A stretch of DNA of 61,897 bases, counting the filler, from Chiloscyllium plagiosum (Eukaryota): assembly GCF_004010195.1 (NCBI RefSeq). It is 5 parts of one record of this genome, joined end to end, with 100 filler letters (N's around TTAATTAATTAA, not from the genome) between each part and the next. Parts side by side here need not be neighbours in the genome. Positions count along the whole stretch, not along the records: positions 1 to 26,743 come from NC_057715.1; 4 more parts are not named here. The stretch is one strand, 5' to 3'. The notes under the pieces were generated by a model, which saw nothing but the letters and a program-made list of their open reading frames with translations, searched no databases and was not told where the DNA came from. Below are positions 13,070 through 25,200 of the stretch, piece after piece; the stretch's first letter is position 1; each line of letters opens with the position of its first letter. The translations under genes and the position numbers were made by a program.

Positions 13070-14305
13070 AGCCATAATAACTCAACATGCAATTACAATC
13101 ACAATGAGGACAATCAATGCATGCAAATGATATTAGCCCCATGAGATACGTAATAGCCAACCTAGCCATCCCTAGGTGGGTTATAATAGTGGAACTGTTT
13201 CCCTTCCTGCCGGATTTTATCAGCCTTCAGAGATATGTGATCCGCTAGGTTAGTTATATTGTTTGGAGTACAACACTCAGGGCCATTAACAATACAAGCG
13301 CCACCCTGTGCCTCTAACAAATAGTCAAGGGCCAGACAGTTCTGCAAAGGGACAGGATTATCATTTTTGTTTTCTCCTTATCACTACAGCTCACTATCAC
13401 TGGTTTAAAGTCAGTTTCTCTATGGATTATGTGTCAATGTCTTATCATTTAAACTATGGTCTTGTGCCCTCCCAAGCCACACTTTTCCATGTGTCAAGTA
13501 GGTGTACATGTCCAAGGCCCGTTCTTCAGTGCATTTTTACAGCAGTCACGCAAATCCGTTACTTCTGAGGTAACAATCACTTTTGCACACTTACATCGAT
13601 ATCCCAAGACTGTCACACATTCTTGACTTCCATATAATCTTATCAACAGATCGTTGAGATTTTACTTATCTCTCCAAGTATAGTCTCAATACCTCGGGTA
13701 ATGGCTTGATCACCAAGTTCACCAAGGAAAGACAAGGACACAAGCATTACCAAGAGAAAGCTATCAGTTCAGTACTCTCACTTAAACTGCCTGTTCACTT
13801 AAAATACATAATAACTTCAAATTGCCATTTCAACCCATCTCCAGTTGTTGTATGTTCTTTCCGTAGGTTTACCCATATATCTTAAACTTACTTTATTGCT
13901 CATTCTAGGCATTTGATATACTTCTATGTAAATTAGTCCAAATTCAAAATTCTGTTTTGAGACCTCTTATAACAATAGCTCTTTTCATAATTTTATATAT
14001 TCTGGAGCCAACCCATGCATGTGATGGGAACAAAAGACAGAATCGTGATTACAAAGGTGCTTAAGGTGAACATTACCTAGGTCGGCATAATTCCATTGAT
14101 CCTAACCCTCCCCTCCCCAATCTCAGTGGCTACTAGGCAAAGGCCCAGGGTGAAAATGAACAAAATGTTCTGAAGGTTACCGAATAGAGTTATTATACAA
14201 TGGTCTAAAGGTGATACTGCCCGTGCACAACAACTGATGCTCCTGGTCCACATGCAACAACTGCGCATATACAAAGGACATCAGCAGGCTCCAAGAGGAA
14301 TCAGT
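13070..14305 (-). pseudogene. env: ERV env remnant (gamma-type TM)
   Basis: LQNCLALDYLLEAQGGACIVNGPECC is an immunosuppressive-domain motif plus CX6CC (13270-13347); hydrophobic anchor LIVLIVIVIAC ~13085-13120; signal-like NILFIFTLGLCLVAT ~14125-14170; candidate acceptor TTTCTTTTCAG at 14306. Confidence 0.85.
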
Positions 14306-14349
14306 CTGAAAAGAAAGCAGAGGGTGAGGATCCTCAGTCAGTGCCCATA

Positions 14350-16400
14350 AAGTTCTTCTGGGGCAAGTGTTTCCAGACTCCTTGTCAATGCAAGTCCACA
14401 TGTCAAAGCTAATGATGTCCTCATAAGGACCATTCCACTTTGGGGCAAACCAAGTTTTCTGGTTAGAGTCTTAACCACAACTTTACCACATGCTGATGGG
14501 ATGTCCAGACAATCCTCTAATTGCCTCTGTTTATCTTGTCCTTCCTATTTGTCCCTAACTGTTCTACACATGTCCTTCAGCTGGGTTTTCCTGGGTATCC
14601 CATACTATAGTAACAGATTTGGTGGTTGCAAAAGGATAGCTCCCATTTCACCTTTCTCATGTTAGAGACTGATTATAATTTTCATGCTTTTAGCATTTCT
14701 ACAAGGGTATATTTAGTTTGCAAAATAATATTCCCTGCCATCACAATGGGTTCACCGACCCTTATGGCCTATACAGCACAGTCTAAGGTGGCTATACGTC
14801 CGGGAAAGCTGTTAACTACAGGTTCCTCTGCAGTGAAATACTACCCCATAGGTTGCTCTTTCTTACCATGGATCTGGGTTACCATCACCAAGTAAAAGCC
14901 CCCCTTGTTGTTGCAATAAACATGAAAGTCTTTATTTTCATCTGGCAATACCAGTCTCAGAGCTGACGTTAACTCTGCTTTCAGTTTTGTATAGGAGTCA
15001 TCCTGTCTACCAGTCCCCAGTCAAAGGGGTGCATCGCAGGTTTCCCCCTTCTAACAATGGTTGCATTGTCTCGACCAATTTGGCAAACTCAGGGATAAAA
15101 CTCCTGCAGTAAATAAACAAGCCCAAGACTCTTCTCACCCATGAACTGTCACACGTCATGGCATTTGTTGTATAGTGGTCATCCTGTCTTCAGGCATTTC
15201 TTTCGTGCCTTGGGAGATTAAATGTCCCAAGTAAAGACCTTAAGTTTTCCCAATCTGAGCTTCCTTCGGGTTGGCTTTTAATCCTCTGCCCTGCAAGTGT
15301 TTCAGGACTAAGTATAGCGCCTCCTGATGTCCCAGTTTGGACTCAGAGGGCAAAAAAATGTCATTGACATATTGGAGTATCGTACTGCTGCAAGGCAGAT
15401 TGATCTCCCTGAGTACTCATTGCCTGATGAAAAATGGCTGGACTATTATGGAATCCTTGGGGAAGTCTGGTCCAGGTAGGGGAATTAGTGATACTTGTAG
15501 TCTCTTGGAGAATTCCCCTCTCCACCAGTCCTTCCACAATTCCCACAACCAAGGTGGCACAGTGGCTCAGTGGTTAGCACTGCTGCCTCACAGCACCAGT
15601 GACCCAGGTTTGATTCCCATCTTGGGTGACTGTCTGTGTGGAGTTTGCACATTCTCCCAGTGTCTGTGTGGGTTTCATCCAGTTTCTCCCACAATTCAAA
15701 GATGTGCGGGTCAGGTGAATTGGACAGGCTAAATTGTCCATAGTGTATGGTACATTAGTCAGGGGTAAATATAGGGTAGAGGAATGGGTCTAGGTGGTTT
15801 ACTCTTCGGAGGATTGGTGTGGGCTTATTGGGCCAAAGGGCCTGCTTCCACATTGTAGGGAAACTAATCTAATCTATGCCTTTCTGGCTTTGGGTTTTAA
15901 AGGGTATTGAGAGTGAGATTTCTGTTCTGGACCCTCTACGACAATGGGGTTGACTTTAGTTAGACCTATATCCAATTTTGTTTCTGCCCATACTCCCAGG
16001 ACAGAGGCACAAGTGGCATCGAAGATGTTGTCCTCTAGTTACCAGTCGCGTCCTGTGACAATGCCCAATGGCTCACAAAGCCTCCCATTTTTTCCTTCTT
16101 CCCATTGGGCCAGGGCCAGATTTATTCACACTTCCCACAATCTATAAGGACTTCATATTCCTTCATTATTTTAACACACATAAATCACATAGGTATAAAC
16201 AAATTATTAATTTCTACTAAAGTGGTCTCACTCGAGTACGCAGGACTACTTTGTCTATTAATCCCCTTCACATAAATCATTTTATTAGTTCTGGGCAGGG
16301 TAGGTCAATAATGGATATGGAGGCTCCTGTGTCCCCTAGCATCTCACACTGTTTGTCCCCTACCAGTGCAAACATCTAAATCCTTCCCTCCTTATTATGT
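14350..16400 (-). pseudogene. pol: ERV pro-pol remnant (protease, deleted RT, integrase C-terminus)
   Basis: MLGDTGASISII ~16310-16345; TWTRLPQGFHNSPAIFHQAM and LQYVNDIF 15350-15480; APKWNGPY (GPY/F) ~14420-14445; integrase core and most of RNase H absent. Confidence 0.85.
15551..15875 (+). mobile_element. HE1-like SINE inserted in ERV pol
   Basis: A-box TGGCTCAGTGG, degenerate B-box GGTTTGATTCC, (AATCT)n tail. Confidence 0.88.
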
Positions 16401-16419
16401 GTGCCTGTGGGGGCTGCCA

Positions 16420-17260
16420 GACGTCAGTCCAATGTGTTCTGGGTGGTTGTTGGTTTACTGTGTTTTCCCCAACAAGTGTTGTCAAGGTGGCCCTTTTTGC
16501 CCCTTGTGTTGATAGTCACACCCAGACTTCGTGTTGTTCTTTTGGGGCCCTACACTCCCCGGCAAAGTGACCCATCTTGCCGCAATTGTGGCAAGTGGAT
16601 TTTGATTTAGTCTTTGTTACGGCACGCAGATTTCCTTGTTTTATTCACACGGGGTGGTAGGGGCCCCTTCCTTAATGCCCAGTCAGAGCAATCTTTCTGT
16701 GGAATTCCTGAACATTCTTGGTAGACTGTAAAGAGTCGCTCTTCATACTCAGAGGTGCCTCTCCTCTCTGCTGTTTAGTATTCGTTATTTTTGCCCAGTT
16801 GGTGGGTGGTTTGTCCAATCCACACTGATATAAACACAGACTACATTTTCAAATCATCACGGATTTTCAAAATGTAGACTTAATTCAAAACATTCCCAGA
16901 TCTTGAGTTCCAGGGAATGAAAAAATGAATATTACACATGACCACATGTAATCACCAACAAACAAAAGTACATTAAAACCAGACCACAAGGAGTTAACAG
17001 TTAGTTCAGCATGCAGCACCAGGAGCTGGTGCATGTCTCTCTCTCTCTATTTCCCTTCCCTTTTAAATTTTCTTGAAACTTCTGCCAATTGTTTTATGCA
17101 ATCGCAATTGAATATGCCTTCAGGTGGAAAGGACTTCTCAGTTCTTTGTGTCCTTTTCACCCATTTGTTGACAAAGTTTTGTTTTGGAAGCAGGCCCATA
17201 ATATATAATAAAGATATTCCGTTCAGAGGGTGCGCTTCATGAGACACATTGTTCCCCACC
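16420..17260 (-). pseudogene. gag: ERV gag remnant
   Basis: (V/M)GNNVS myristoylation-like start ~17258; KW..FPPEG matrix-like motif; TNWAKITNTKQ/EYEERL MHR-like region ~16730-16810; CHNCGKMGHFAGEC zinc knuckle ~16552-16593. Confidence 0.8.
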
Positions 17261-17804
17261 CTTCCGACAACTGTCTCTCTCACACACACACACACACACA
17301 TACAGTCCTTTAATTCAAATATTACAATTTAGCAAGTTAACCAATTCACACAAAGTATTGACCAAAATGGCCAATTTCTCAGAGGAGCCTTTAATCCCTA
17401 TTTCTCTAACTCGTGATTCTAAGATTCTTTTCTCATCTGTCCACCTCTTTGCGGATTCTGAGGTTTGACTAATAGGCTGGTCAATTAATGCACTAGAAGG
17501 ACTCCAATTTTCTTGGTCCTATCTTTCTTTTCACCCAAAAGCCAATTTCGCTGTCGATCTAGGGCTTGGGACTGATACTATCCACACTTTTTCATCTGTT
17601 TAATGAGTGACTATCTGACTGTCATATACTGGTTAATGAGAGACCCCTGAGTTCCCATTGATCTTCCTGTCCTGCCGTAATAATGATAGGTTTTTACTCA
17701 TGGATCCTCGGTCGGCCGACTGCATTTACCCACCAGCCACAACTGTTACATGTTTTTCCCAGCGGTCGCATTTCACGCGGGACCGTTCCTAACGCAGAAA
17801 CGGT

Positions 17805-17938
17805 CTCATTCCTGATGAAAGGTTTTTGCCTGAAACGTCGACTTTCCTGCTCTTTGGATGCTGCCTGACCTGCTGTGCTTTTCCAGCACCACACTCTTGA
17901 CTCTAATCTGCAGCATCTGCAGTCCTCACTTTTGCCCC
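17805..17938 (+). mobile_element. PLE family A pLTR fragment with hammerhead core, inserted in the ERV leader
   Basis: ATTC-CTGATGA-A-AGGTTTTTGCCT-GAAAC-GTC followed by the family A tail. Confidence 0.75.
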
Positions 17939-18321
17939 GTTCCTTTCGGAGTACGGCGATACCTATACTAGGGAGTGATAAGTTCCCCGTATCTCGCTTA
18001 TTCAAATCTCTGTCTCAGGCAGACCTAACAATCTCATTTAGCATCTGAATATCAAGTCTTAGGTATTCTTTATCCAGTCTCCACTCCCAGTTTAGGGTCC
18101 TGACCTTCATATGGGGGATTTCTCCTCTTAACAACCAGCTTAGGCTGGGTGCTAGAGATGAATACCTCTTTGTCTGATCGTACTCAACTCAGATGCCAAA
18201 CAATAGACACTCTGTCATTCACTCTTACCGGATCAACAGTAATTGTAGTTTGACCTGCTTTTGTTCGGTATCCTGTCCTGACTCCTGGTAGGTGGCCACT
18301 CTAGCCGGTACCGCGGACAAG

Positions 18322-18339
18322 ATCCTGCCAACTACACCA
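18322..18339 (-). promoter_or_regulatory. ERV primer-binding site complementary to tRNA-Ser
   Basis: TGGTGTAGTTGGCAGGAT, 3 nt after the 5' LTR; differs from the tRNA-Ser complement TGGCGTAGTCGGCAGGAT at two CpG-decay positions. Confidence 0.85.
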
Positions 18340-18342
18340 ATT

Positions 18343-18757
18343 TGTTGTCGGCAAAAATTACTCGAGAATCAGATTTAGCAGCAAGTCAAAGCACTGTGTA
18401 TTAAACAAAAGCTTTTAGGAGTAGCGAAGTCACCCTAAGTGCAGGTTTCGACAAAGCAGTCTCACCAAATACAAAATTCAATACTCTTTAAATCTTTGAA
18501 TTATAGCAAAGTACACAGTTTTGATAACAGAAACAGTTCTTCAGACAGAATGTCACTCCTCATGCAGGTGTCCGTCTGCTGAGACTGCAGGCACCGGTTA
18601 TTTTGAGTTTGTGGTCATACTTGCTAATGGTCATACTTCTGTTTATCCAGTTTGCTCCTGCAGCAGTCAGCACTTCAGCAAGATTTAGCACAAGTAGCAC
18701 TAAATTTCGTCAATGACCCCAGCATGCTTTACAAATGTAGGCACATGCTCTACTTCA
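18343..18757 (-). repeat. ERV 5' LTR
   Basis: Direct repeat of 12485-12898; the PBS follows it on the minus strand. Confidence 0.92.
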
Positions 18758-19468
18758 GTGGGATCCATAAAACCTCTCACTAGATCTCAGTGAGGAAGAA
18801 ATTCTGATTTTGTGTCAAGAAAATCTGGAAAGACAAAGAAAGACAAAGGGAAGACAGTCATACCAGCTAAGAAGTATAACATTGTAAAGGGTGCATCCTT
18901 TTTGCTGTTTGTTGAAAGTTAGCGCTCTGAGAAGAATTTTGAGGAACTAAACAAAACTTCAAAATACTTTATTCATCAAAAAGAAACTTTTAGCCATATG
19001 TGACTAAACTTGATCTAGCCAGAAATTAGGAATTATAGACTTTGAAACTCAAGAACAACTTAAAAAGGCATTTAGGTTCAAAGGAAACAAGCCACTCAGA
19101 CTTGCAATCAAACCTGACAGCACAACAGAAAGGAAAGCAGTGCAGGTAGCAAGGGATAAAGGGACTGCTGGTCATTATTTATGAGGTCACATCTGTATGA
19201 TTCCTTTTCCTGGCCTTGTCATGAACCCTGACAGATTTAGACAGGAGATGGTAGTGTGCTATTAATTGAAACATTTCCCACATACACCCTACAAGCTACA
19301 AATTCAACCCTTTTATAAATCCAATAGCCTTCTTTTACATTAACCATTCTTCTTAAAATTTAAAGATTAAAGTATCTCTATTTAATTTTGTTCATTGAAA
19401 ATAAGTCTCATATCTTTTTATATTCCTTTCAGTTTTTTTTTTCTTCAATGAATGCAATTCCTGCTCTC

Positions 19469-19812
19469 ATTCAGTGGTTAGCACCACTGCCTCACAGCAC
19501 CAGGGACCCAGGTTCAATTCCAGCCTCAGGCAACTGCCTGTGTGGACTCTGCACATTTCGCTGTGTCTGTGTAGGTTTCTTCTGGGTGCTCTGGTTTCCT
19601 CCCACAATCCAAAGATGTGCCGGTTAGGCAAATTGGCTGTGCTAAATTGTCCATAGTGTTCAGGGATGTGTGGGTTAGGTGCGTTAGTCAGGGGTAAATG
19701 TATAATAATGCAATAGAGGAATGGGTCTGGCTGAATTACTCTTTGAAGGGTCAATGTGGACTTGTTGGGCCAAATAGCCTATTTCCACATTGTGGGGGTT
19801 CTATGATTCTAT
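19469..19812 (+). mobile_element. HE1-like SINE
   Basis: CAGTGGTTAGCAC..GGTTCAATTCC head; ttctatga tail. Confidence 0.85.
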
Positions 19813-20259
19813 CTTGCGCTGAGTTACTGGAATAAAAGCCAAGTCACAGAACATCTTAAAATGCAAACAAATCATAGGGTATGTTACAAAATATTTAGCA
19901 AGCCTCGGATACAGTTGCAAGAAAATAAGTTCCAAGAGAAAATTGGGATAACAGGTTTGTTGTTTGATTGGATATGGTCAAAACATGAGTTGACAACATT
20001 TCAGAACAGATGTTATTTTAGATGTAATACCTTGTAAGTTGTAACTATGAGAACACTTGGAGCTTCTATCAACAATTAAATCATTTGTTTGAAGAAGAAA
20101 CAAGTATTACAGTCATAAATAATACATGCAAAGGCAAAACACTAGAGGAAACATTTTGAGAATGTGCCATGGTCAAAGAAAAATTAAGCAGCTAGAAAAT
20201 GATTAGAATCTTTAAATATTGGGCAAAATACTTTGGAAGAAGCAGGATTCATAGCTGAG

Positions 20260-20465
20260 TCATAGAGTTATAGAGATGTATAGCATGGAAACAGACCCTT
20301 TATACCAGTCTCCACCACTTCCTCTGGCAGTTCATTCCACACACGAACCACCCTCTGCATGAAAACGTTGCTCCTCAGGTCCCTTTTATATCTTTCCCCT
20401 CTCACCTTAAACCTATGTACTCGAGTTTGGACTCCCCTACCCTAGGGAAAAGACCTTGACTATTT
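20260..20465 (-). mobile_element. CR1/HER1 3' fragment
   Basis: (catagagt) tail and WNELPEEVV region. Confidence 0.75.
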
Positions 20466-20469
20466 AACC

Positions 20470-20603
20470 TGCTACAGACGAGGCCAGACTACTGAAAACA
20501 TTCTTAAGCAGGCAGCCCAGACCATAAGTTTGCAATTTGTTTCAGTTAAGTGTACAGTGAAAATTACCCACAGTAAGTTAGCTAGGTTCACTACCAGGTT
20601 TTG
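20470..20603 (-). repeat. Truncated 3' LTR of the Gypsy element at 22208-26743
   Basis: Direct repeat of ~26214-26345 (aggccagac..aagcaggcagcccagaccataa..ctaccaggtttt); cut by a PLE. Confidence 0.8.
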
Positions 20604-22207
20604 AGATTAGAGCGGTGCTGGAAAAGCATAGCAGATCAGACAGCATCCGAGGAGCAGGAAAATCAAGGTTTCAGGCAAAAGCCCTTTATCAGGATTGAGG
20701 CCTCAAGCCTCCGGGGTGGAGAGATAAATGGGAGGGGTGGGGCTGGGGAGAAGGTAGCCAAGAGTACAATAGATGGATGGAGGAAGGGGTAAAGGTGATA
20801 TGTCAGAGAGGAAGGGGGAGCGGATAGATGGGAAGGAAGATTGACAGATGAGACAGGTCATGAGGAAGGTACTGAGCTGGAAGGTTGGAACTGGGTGGGA
20901 GGGAGGGGAAATGAGGAAACTGGTGAAGTCCGCATTGATGCCATGAGGTTGAAGGGTCCAGAGGCGGAAGCTGAGGCGTTCTTCCTCCAGGTATCGGGTG
21001 GTGAGGGAGTGATGATGGAGGAGGCCCAGGACCTGCATGTCCTTGGCAAAGTGGGAGGGAGAGTTAAAATGTTCAGCCACGAGGTGGTGGGGTTGATTGG
21101 TGCTGGTGTCCGAGATATTCTCTGAAGCACTTTGCGAGAAGGCGTCCTGTCTCCCCAGTGTAGAGGGGACCACATTGGGAGCAACAGATACAATAAATGA
21201 CATGTGTGGAAGTGCAGGTGGAAGTGGGAGGCTCCTTTGGGGCCTTGGTTGGAGGTGAGGGGGAGGTGTGGGCACAGGTTTTGTAATTACTGTGGTGGCA
21301 GGGGAAGGTGTCGGGAGGGAAGGATGTGTTGTTGGGGAACGTGGACCTGACCAGGTAGTCGTGGAGGGAATGGTCTTTGCAGAAAGTGGATAGGGGTAGG
21401 AGGGAAATGTATCCTTGGTGGTGGGGTCTGTTTGTAGGTGGTGGAAATATCAGAAGATGATGTCATTTATGCGGAGGTTGGTGGGTGGAAGGTGAGGAAC
21501 AGGGGGGTTCTGTCCTTGTTGCTGTTGGATGGATGGGGTTCGAGGACAGAGGTGGGGGAAGTGGATGAGATGCGTTGGAGGGCATCTTCAACCATGTGGG
21601 AGGGGAAATTTCAGTCTTTAAGGAAGGAGGCCAGCTGGTATGTTCTGTGGTGGAACTGGTCCTCCTGGGAGCAGACATGGTGGAGGTGGAGGAATTGGAA
21701 ATACGGGATGGCATTTTTGCAGGAGGTAGGGTGGGAAGAGAATCCTCTTCCAAAGATGCCTACCTTGAAGAAATTCTCCTCCTCTTTCTACAAAGATCTC
21801 AGTGAGTCTCTCTCTCACTGCAACCCCTAGGTCATCTCCTCTGCCCTGAAGCTCTTCAACCACATTCTCAAACAGACTTGCTACCACAGCCACATCTCCT
21901 TCCTCAGTGCCTGCTTCCAGAACCGACTGATCCCACATGGACTCTGAACCCCACATTCAGGCCAACACAGTTTGGATGTGATCAGGACAACTAGTACAGA
22001 CTAAAAATTCAAAACCTCCAGCAATGGTTCTCCTTTCGTATCCTCCGCTCCACACTCACAGCAATGCACCGCCACCTAACCTCTCCACTCAAGTGAGGGC
22101 CACACTCTCTCAGAACTGCAAAGGACCCCTACTGTATTATATCCTCAGAAGAATTCATACTCTCAACAAACAACATTTCTACACCATTTCAAACATCAAA
22201 AACTGTA
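20604..22207 (-). mobile_element. Penelope-like element family A (GIY-YIG plus RT C-terminus on minus strand; inverted N-terminal piece 21739-22207 on plus strand)
   Basis: Minus: VIYCICCSQCGPLYTGETGR..VAEHFN..LQPHGINADF; plus: MPTLKKF..HSHISFLSACFQNRLIPHG; pLTR with mutated hammerhead at ~20660-20697. Confidence 0.85.
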
Positions 22208-25200
22208 ACACACATATACACTATACGAACCATATAGATGCAAACATGCACAACCACATGCGAATGCAGGCTGTGGCCCACCCGCCACTACACCCTCGAA
22301 TCTCATTCGAGTCTCAATAATCACACATTTGCATCAGCAATCACGTTTTTGTGACATGCACAATCGACAAATTGAATGGCTGCAACAACAAGCTCCACGT
22401 AAAGCTCTCCTCTAAAATGTGGCTGGAGTGTTTTTCATACCAAATGGTTTGGCTTTAAACTGATATAGTCCATTTGGCACTACGAAAGCCGAAATTGCTT
22501 TTGCTCTTTTTGAAAGAGGTACTTGCCAGTAACCTTTGAGCAAGTCCAACTTAGAAATGTAAGTTGCTTGTCCTACTTTTTCGACACAGTCCTCCAACTG
22601 TCTTTGTAAAGGCGTTGACTTTGCAATCATCCACACATAACTGTTGAGTACCATCTGGCTTTGGCACCATGACTATGGATGAACTCCAGTCACCGTTATT
22701 CACTTCAATTATGCCATCTTGGAGCATGCGCCTATCTGCTTCTGAACCCGTGCCAACTTTAGAGGGTTATGCCTATAAGGATGTTACTTAATCAGAACAG
22801 CATCTCCTATCTCTACATCATGCACAATTAGGTTAGTATTTCCCAGTTTATTTCTGCATACCTCCCCATGTGATAGTAATAACTCTTTCAGGTCATTTCA
22901 ATTTTTTTGTGGAAGATAATTCAATAATTTATCCCAATTTTTGACAACTTCCTCATTGTCCAATTTGATTTGAGGAATGCCCAATTCAGAATTCTCTGAA
23001 CTTGGTTCTTCCTTCAGAGCTGTAATCATTAAGACCTTCTCCTCTTCCTTTCCTTCTTTATCAAAATATCTTTTGAGCATATTCACCTGACACACTCGGT
23101 GAGATGTTTTCCTGTCTGGAGTCCTTATCAAGTAGTTCACCTCACTCAATTTCTTCTCAATTTGATAAAGTCCACTAAACCTTGCTTTTAAAGACTCACC
23201 TGTCATTGGAAGTAACACCAATACCTTATCCCCAATTGCAAGGTTGCGAATTTGTGATCTCTTATCCGTTTCCTGTTTCATTATATGCTGTGATACTTTT
23301 AAATGCTGTCTAGCCAACTCTCCACATCTATTTAATCGTTCTCTAAAATTTGACACATAGTCCAAATGGATGGTCTCTGAATTCTGACTTAATAATTCCT
23401 CCTTAATCAATTTTAATGGTCCTCTTATTTCATGCCCAAAAATTAAATCAAATGGACTGAATTTGGTCGATTCATTTGGTCTATCTCTGATCGCAAAATG
23501 TGCAAATGGAACTGCCTTATCCCAATCATCTGGATAATCCTGACCATAAGCCCTCAACATGGTCTTTAATGTTTGATGCCATCTCTCTAGCGCTCCCTGC
23601 AATTCTGGATAGTACGCATTAGATTTGAATTGCTTTATTCATTGAGTTATCCATTACCTACTCGAATAGTTTGGATGTGAAATATTGATAGTCTATATGT
23701 CGTAAACAATATAAGTAATTCTTCTACAAACTTTTTAAATGTAAAGTTGCATAGTGGGATTGCCTCTGGAAATCTAATCGACACATCCATTATTGTTAAT
23801 AAATACTTATTCCCATTTTTTGTTTGAGGTAGGGGACCGATGCAATCAATCAAAACTCTTGTGAAAGGTTCTTCAAATGCTGCAATAGGTATTAAAGGAG
23901 GAGGTTTTATTACTGCCTGTGGATTTCCAATTAGCTGACATGTATGACACGCCTGGCAAAATTCAACTACATCCTTGTGTGGTACAGGCCAATTAGAATG
24001 CTTTTATATTTTAGCCTATGTTTTCCTCACCCCTAAATTACCTCCAAGTGGTAGCTCATGTGCCACTGGCAGTACCTCCTGTCTCTATCCTCCAGGCAAA
24101 ACAATTTGATGAATCTCTGCTCATTTCTTGTCTACGTGAATGCATGATAGTCTCCATTTCCTTACTAAGATGTAATTTGTTAAGTAACAACACACAGGGA
24201 GGCATTCACTCTCCTTCTCTGTATATGCCTTTTGATGCAACTGTTTTTACTTCTCATCTTTCTGCTGTAACTCAATAAGTGCAGCAGAGCTAAAGATACT
24301 TGCATGTTTACCTATTTGCTCCTGCTCTGTTCCACTTAACTGATCAAAAAAGTCTTGGATAAGGCTATGTCAGCTTCTTTATCGGTGCCTTTTGATCTCT
24401 CCTGCTTCAACTTGTACCTCTGTGATCTTGTGATCACACAATCTGGGAAAATTCCTGGATAAACATTTTTCATGTCTTCAGTTGCCTGTGTCTCCACTGG
24501 CTTTTCAACTAGACTAGACACCACGCCTCCCAGTGAATCAACTATATCATTTGTAAGGACAAATTGTATTCCTGGAGCTGAGAGTTTGTCCAGGACTCCA
24601 ACCACAAATTCTGCATTCTTCTCTGGACTCTCTAGCCTCACTTTACATTATTGAGCACTTTTTGTCTCACCATGAATTCCTGTTACTAGTATCTTTTCTT
24701 CAATTGTCCCTCATGAGTACATATCTCCTCATCCTTCAGCATTACAGACTGAGAGTATCCTGTGTCCCTTAATATTGTAATCTCTTCACCTGCAACTGTG
24801 AATAAACTTTATCCTTGGATGTATATTTTTTAAGCAGACCTGGCACTTCCTCCTTAATCAACCTCTGATCATCTTGTACACTCTGAGGCAGTTATCTAAC
24901 TTCCCTTGTGCTTTTTGTTATTAGTCCAACAAACCTTTCAGGCTTGTCTGGTTTTCCTACATCTGACTTTCTCCTAGCCCACCAACACTGTGACCCACTT
25001 TATTACAATGAAAACACAGGAGCTTTTTAATTTCTTTGTCCCCTTCAAGGGTCTCATTTTTACCCTGTGGTAAGTTATCCTTATATCTTCACTGAGATCC
25101 ACCATTCCCTTTCCATATAAGGATTTCTCTTTGTCCCAATTTCTATCCATCATGGACTGAAATTGATTCTAGAAGCCAAACCAAGTTTTGTGCACTAGCT

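Larger units (their letters stand above)
12485..18757 (-). mobile_element. Endogenous retrovirus, LTR-gag-pro-pol-env-LTR, internally deleted and decayed
   Basis: Paired LTRs with TG..CA ends, 4-bp TSD GTGG (12481-12484 and 18758-18761), tRNA-Ser PBS, and gag/pro/pol/env motifs in retroviral order. Confidence 0.93.

Noticed and set aside
13162..13347. Domesticated syncytin-like env gene
   Set aside because: The env is fragmented by stops, frameshifts and a deletion upstream of the ISD; no intact ORF
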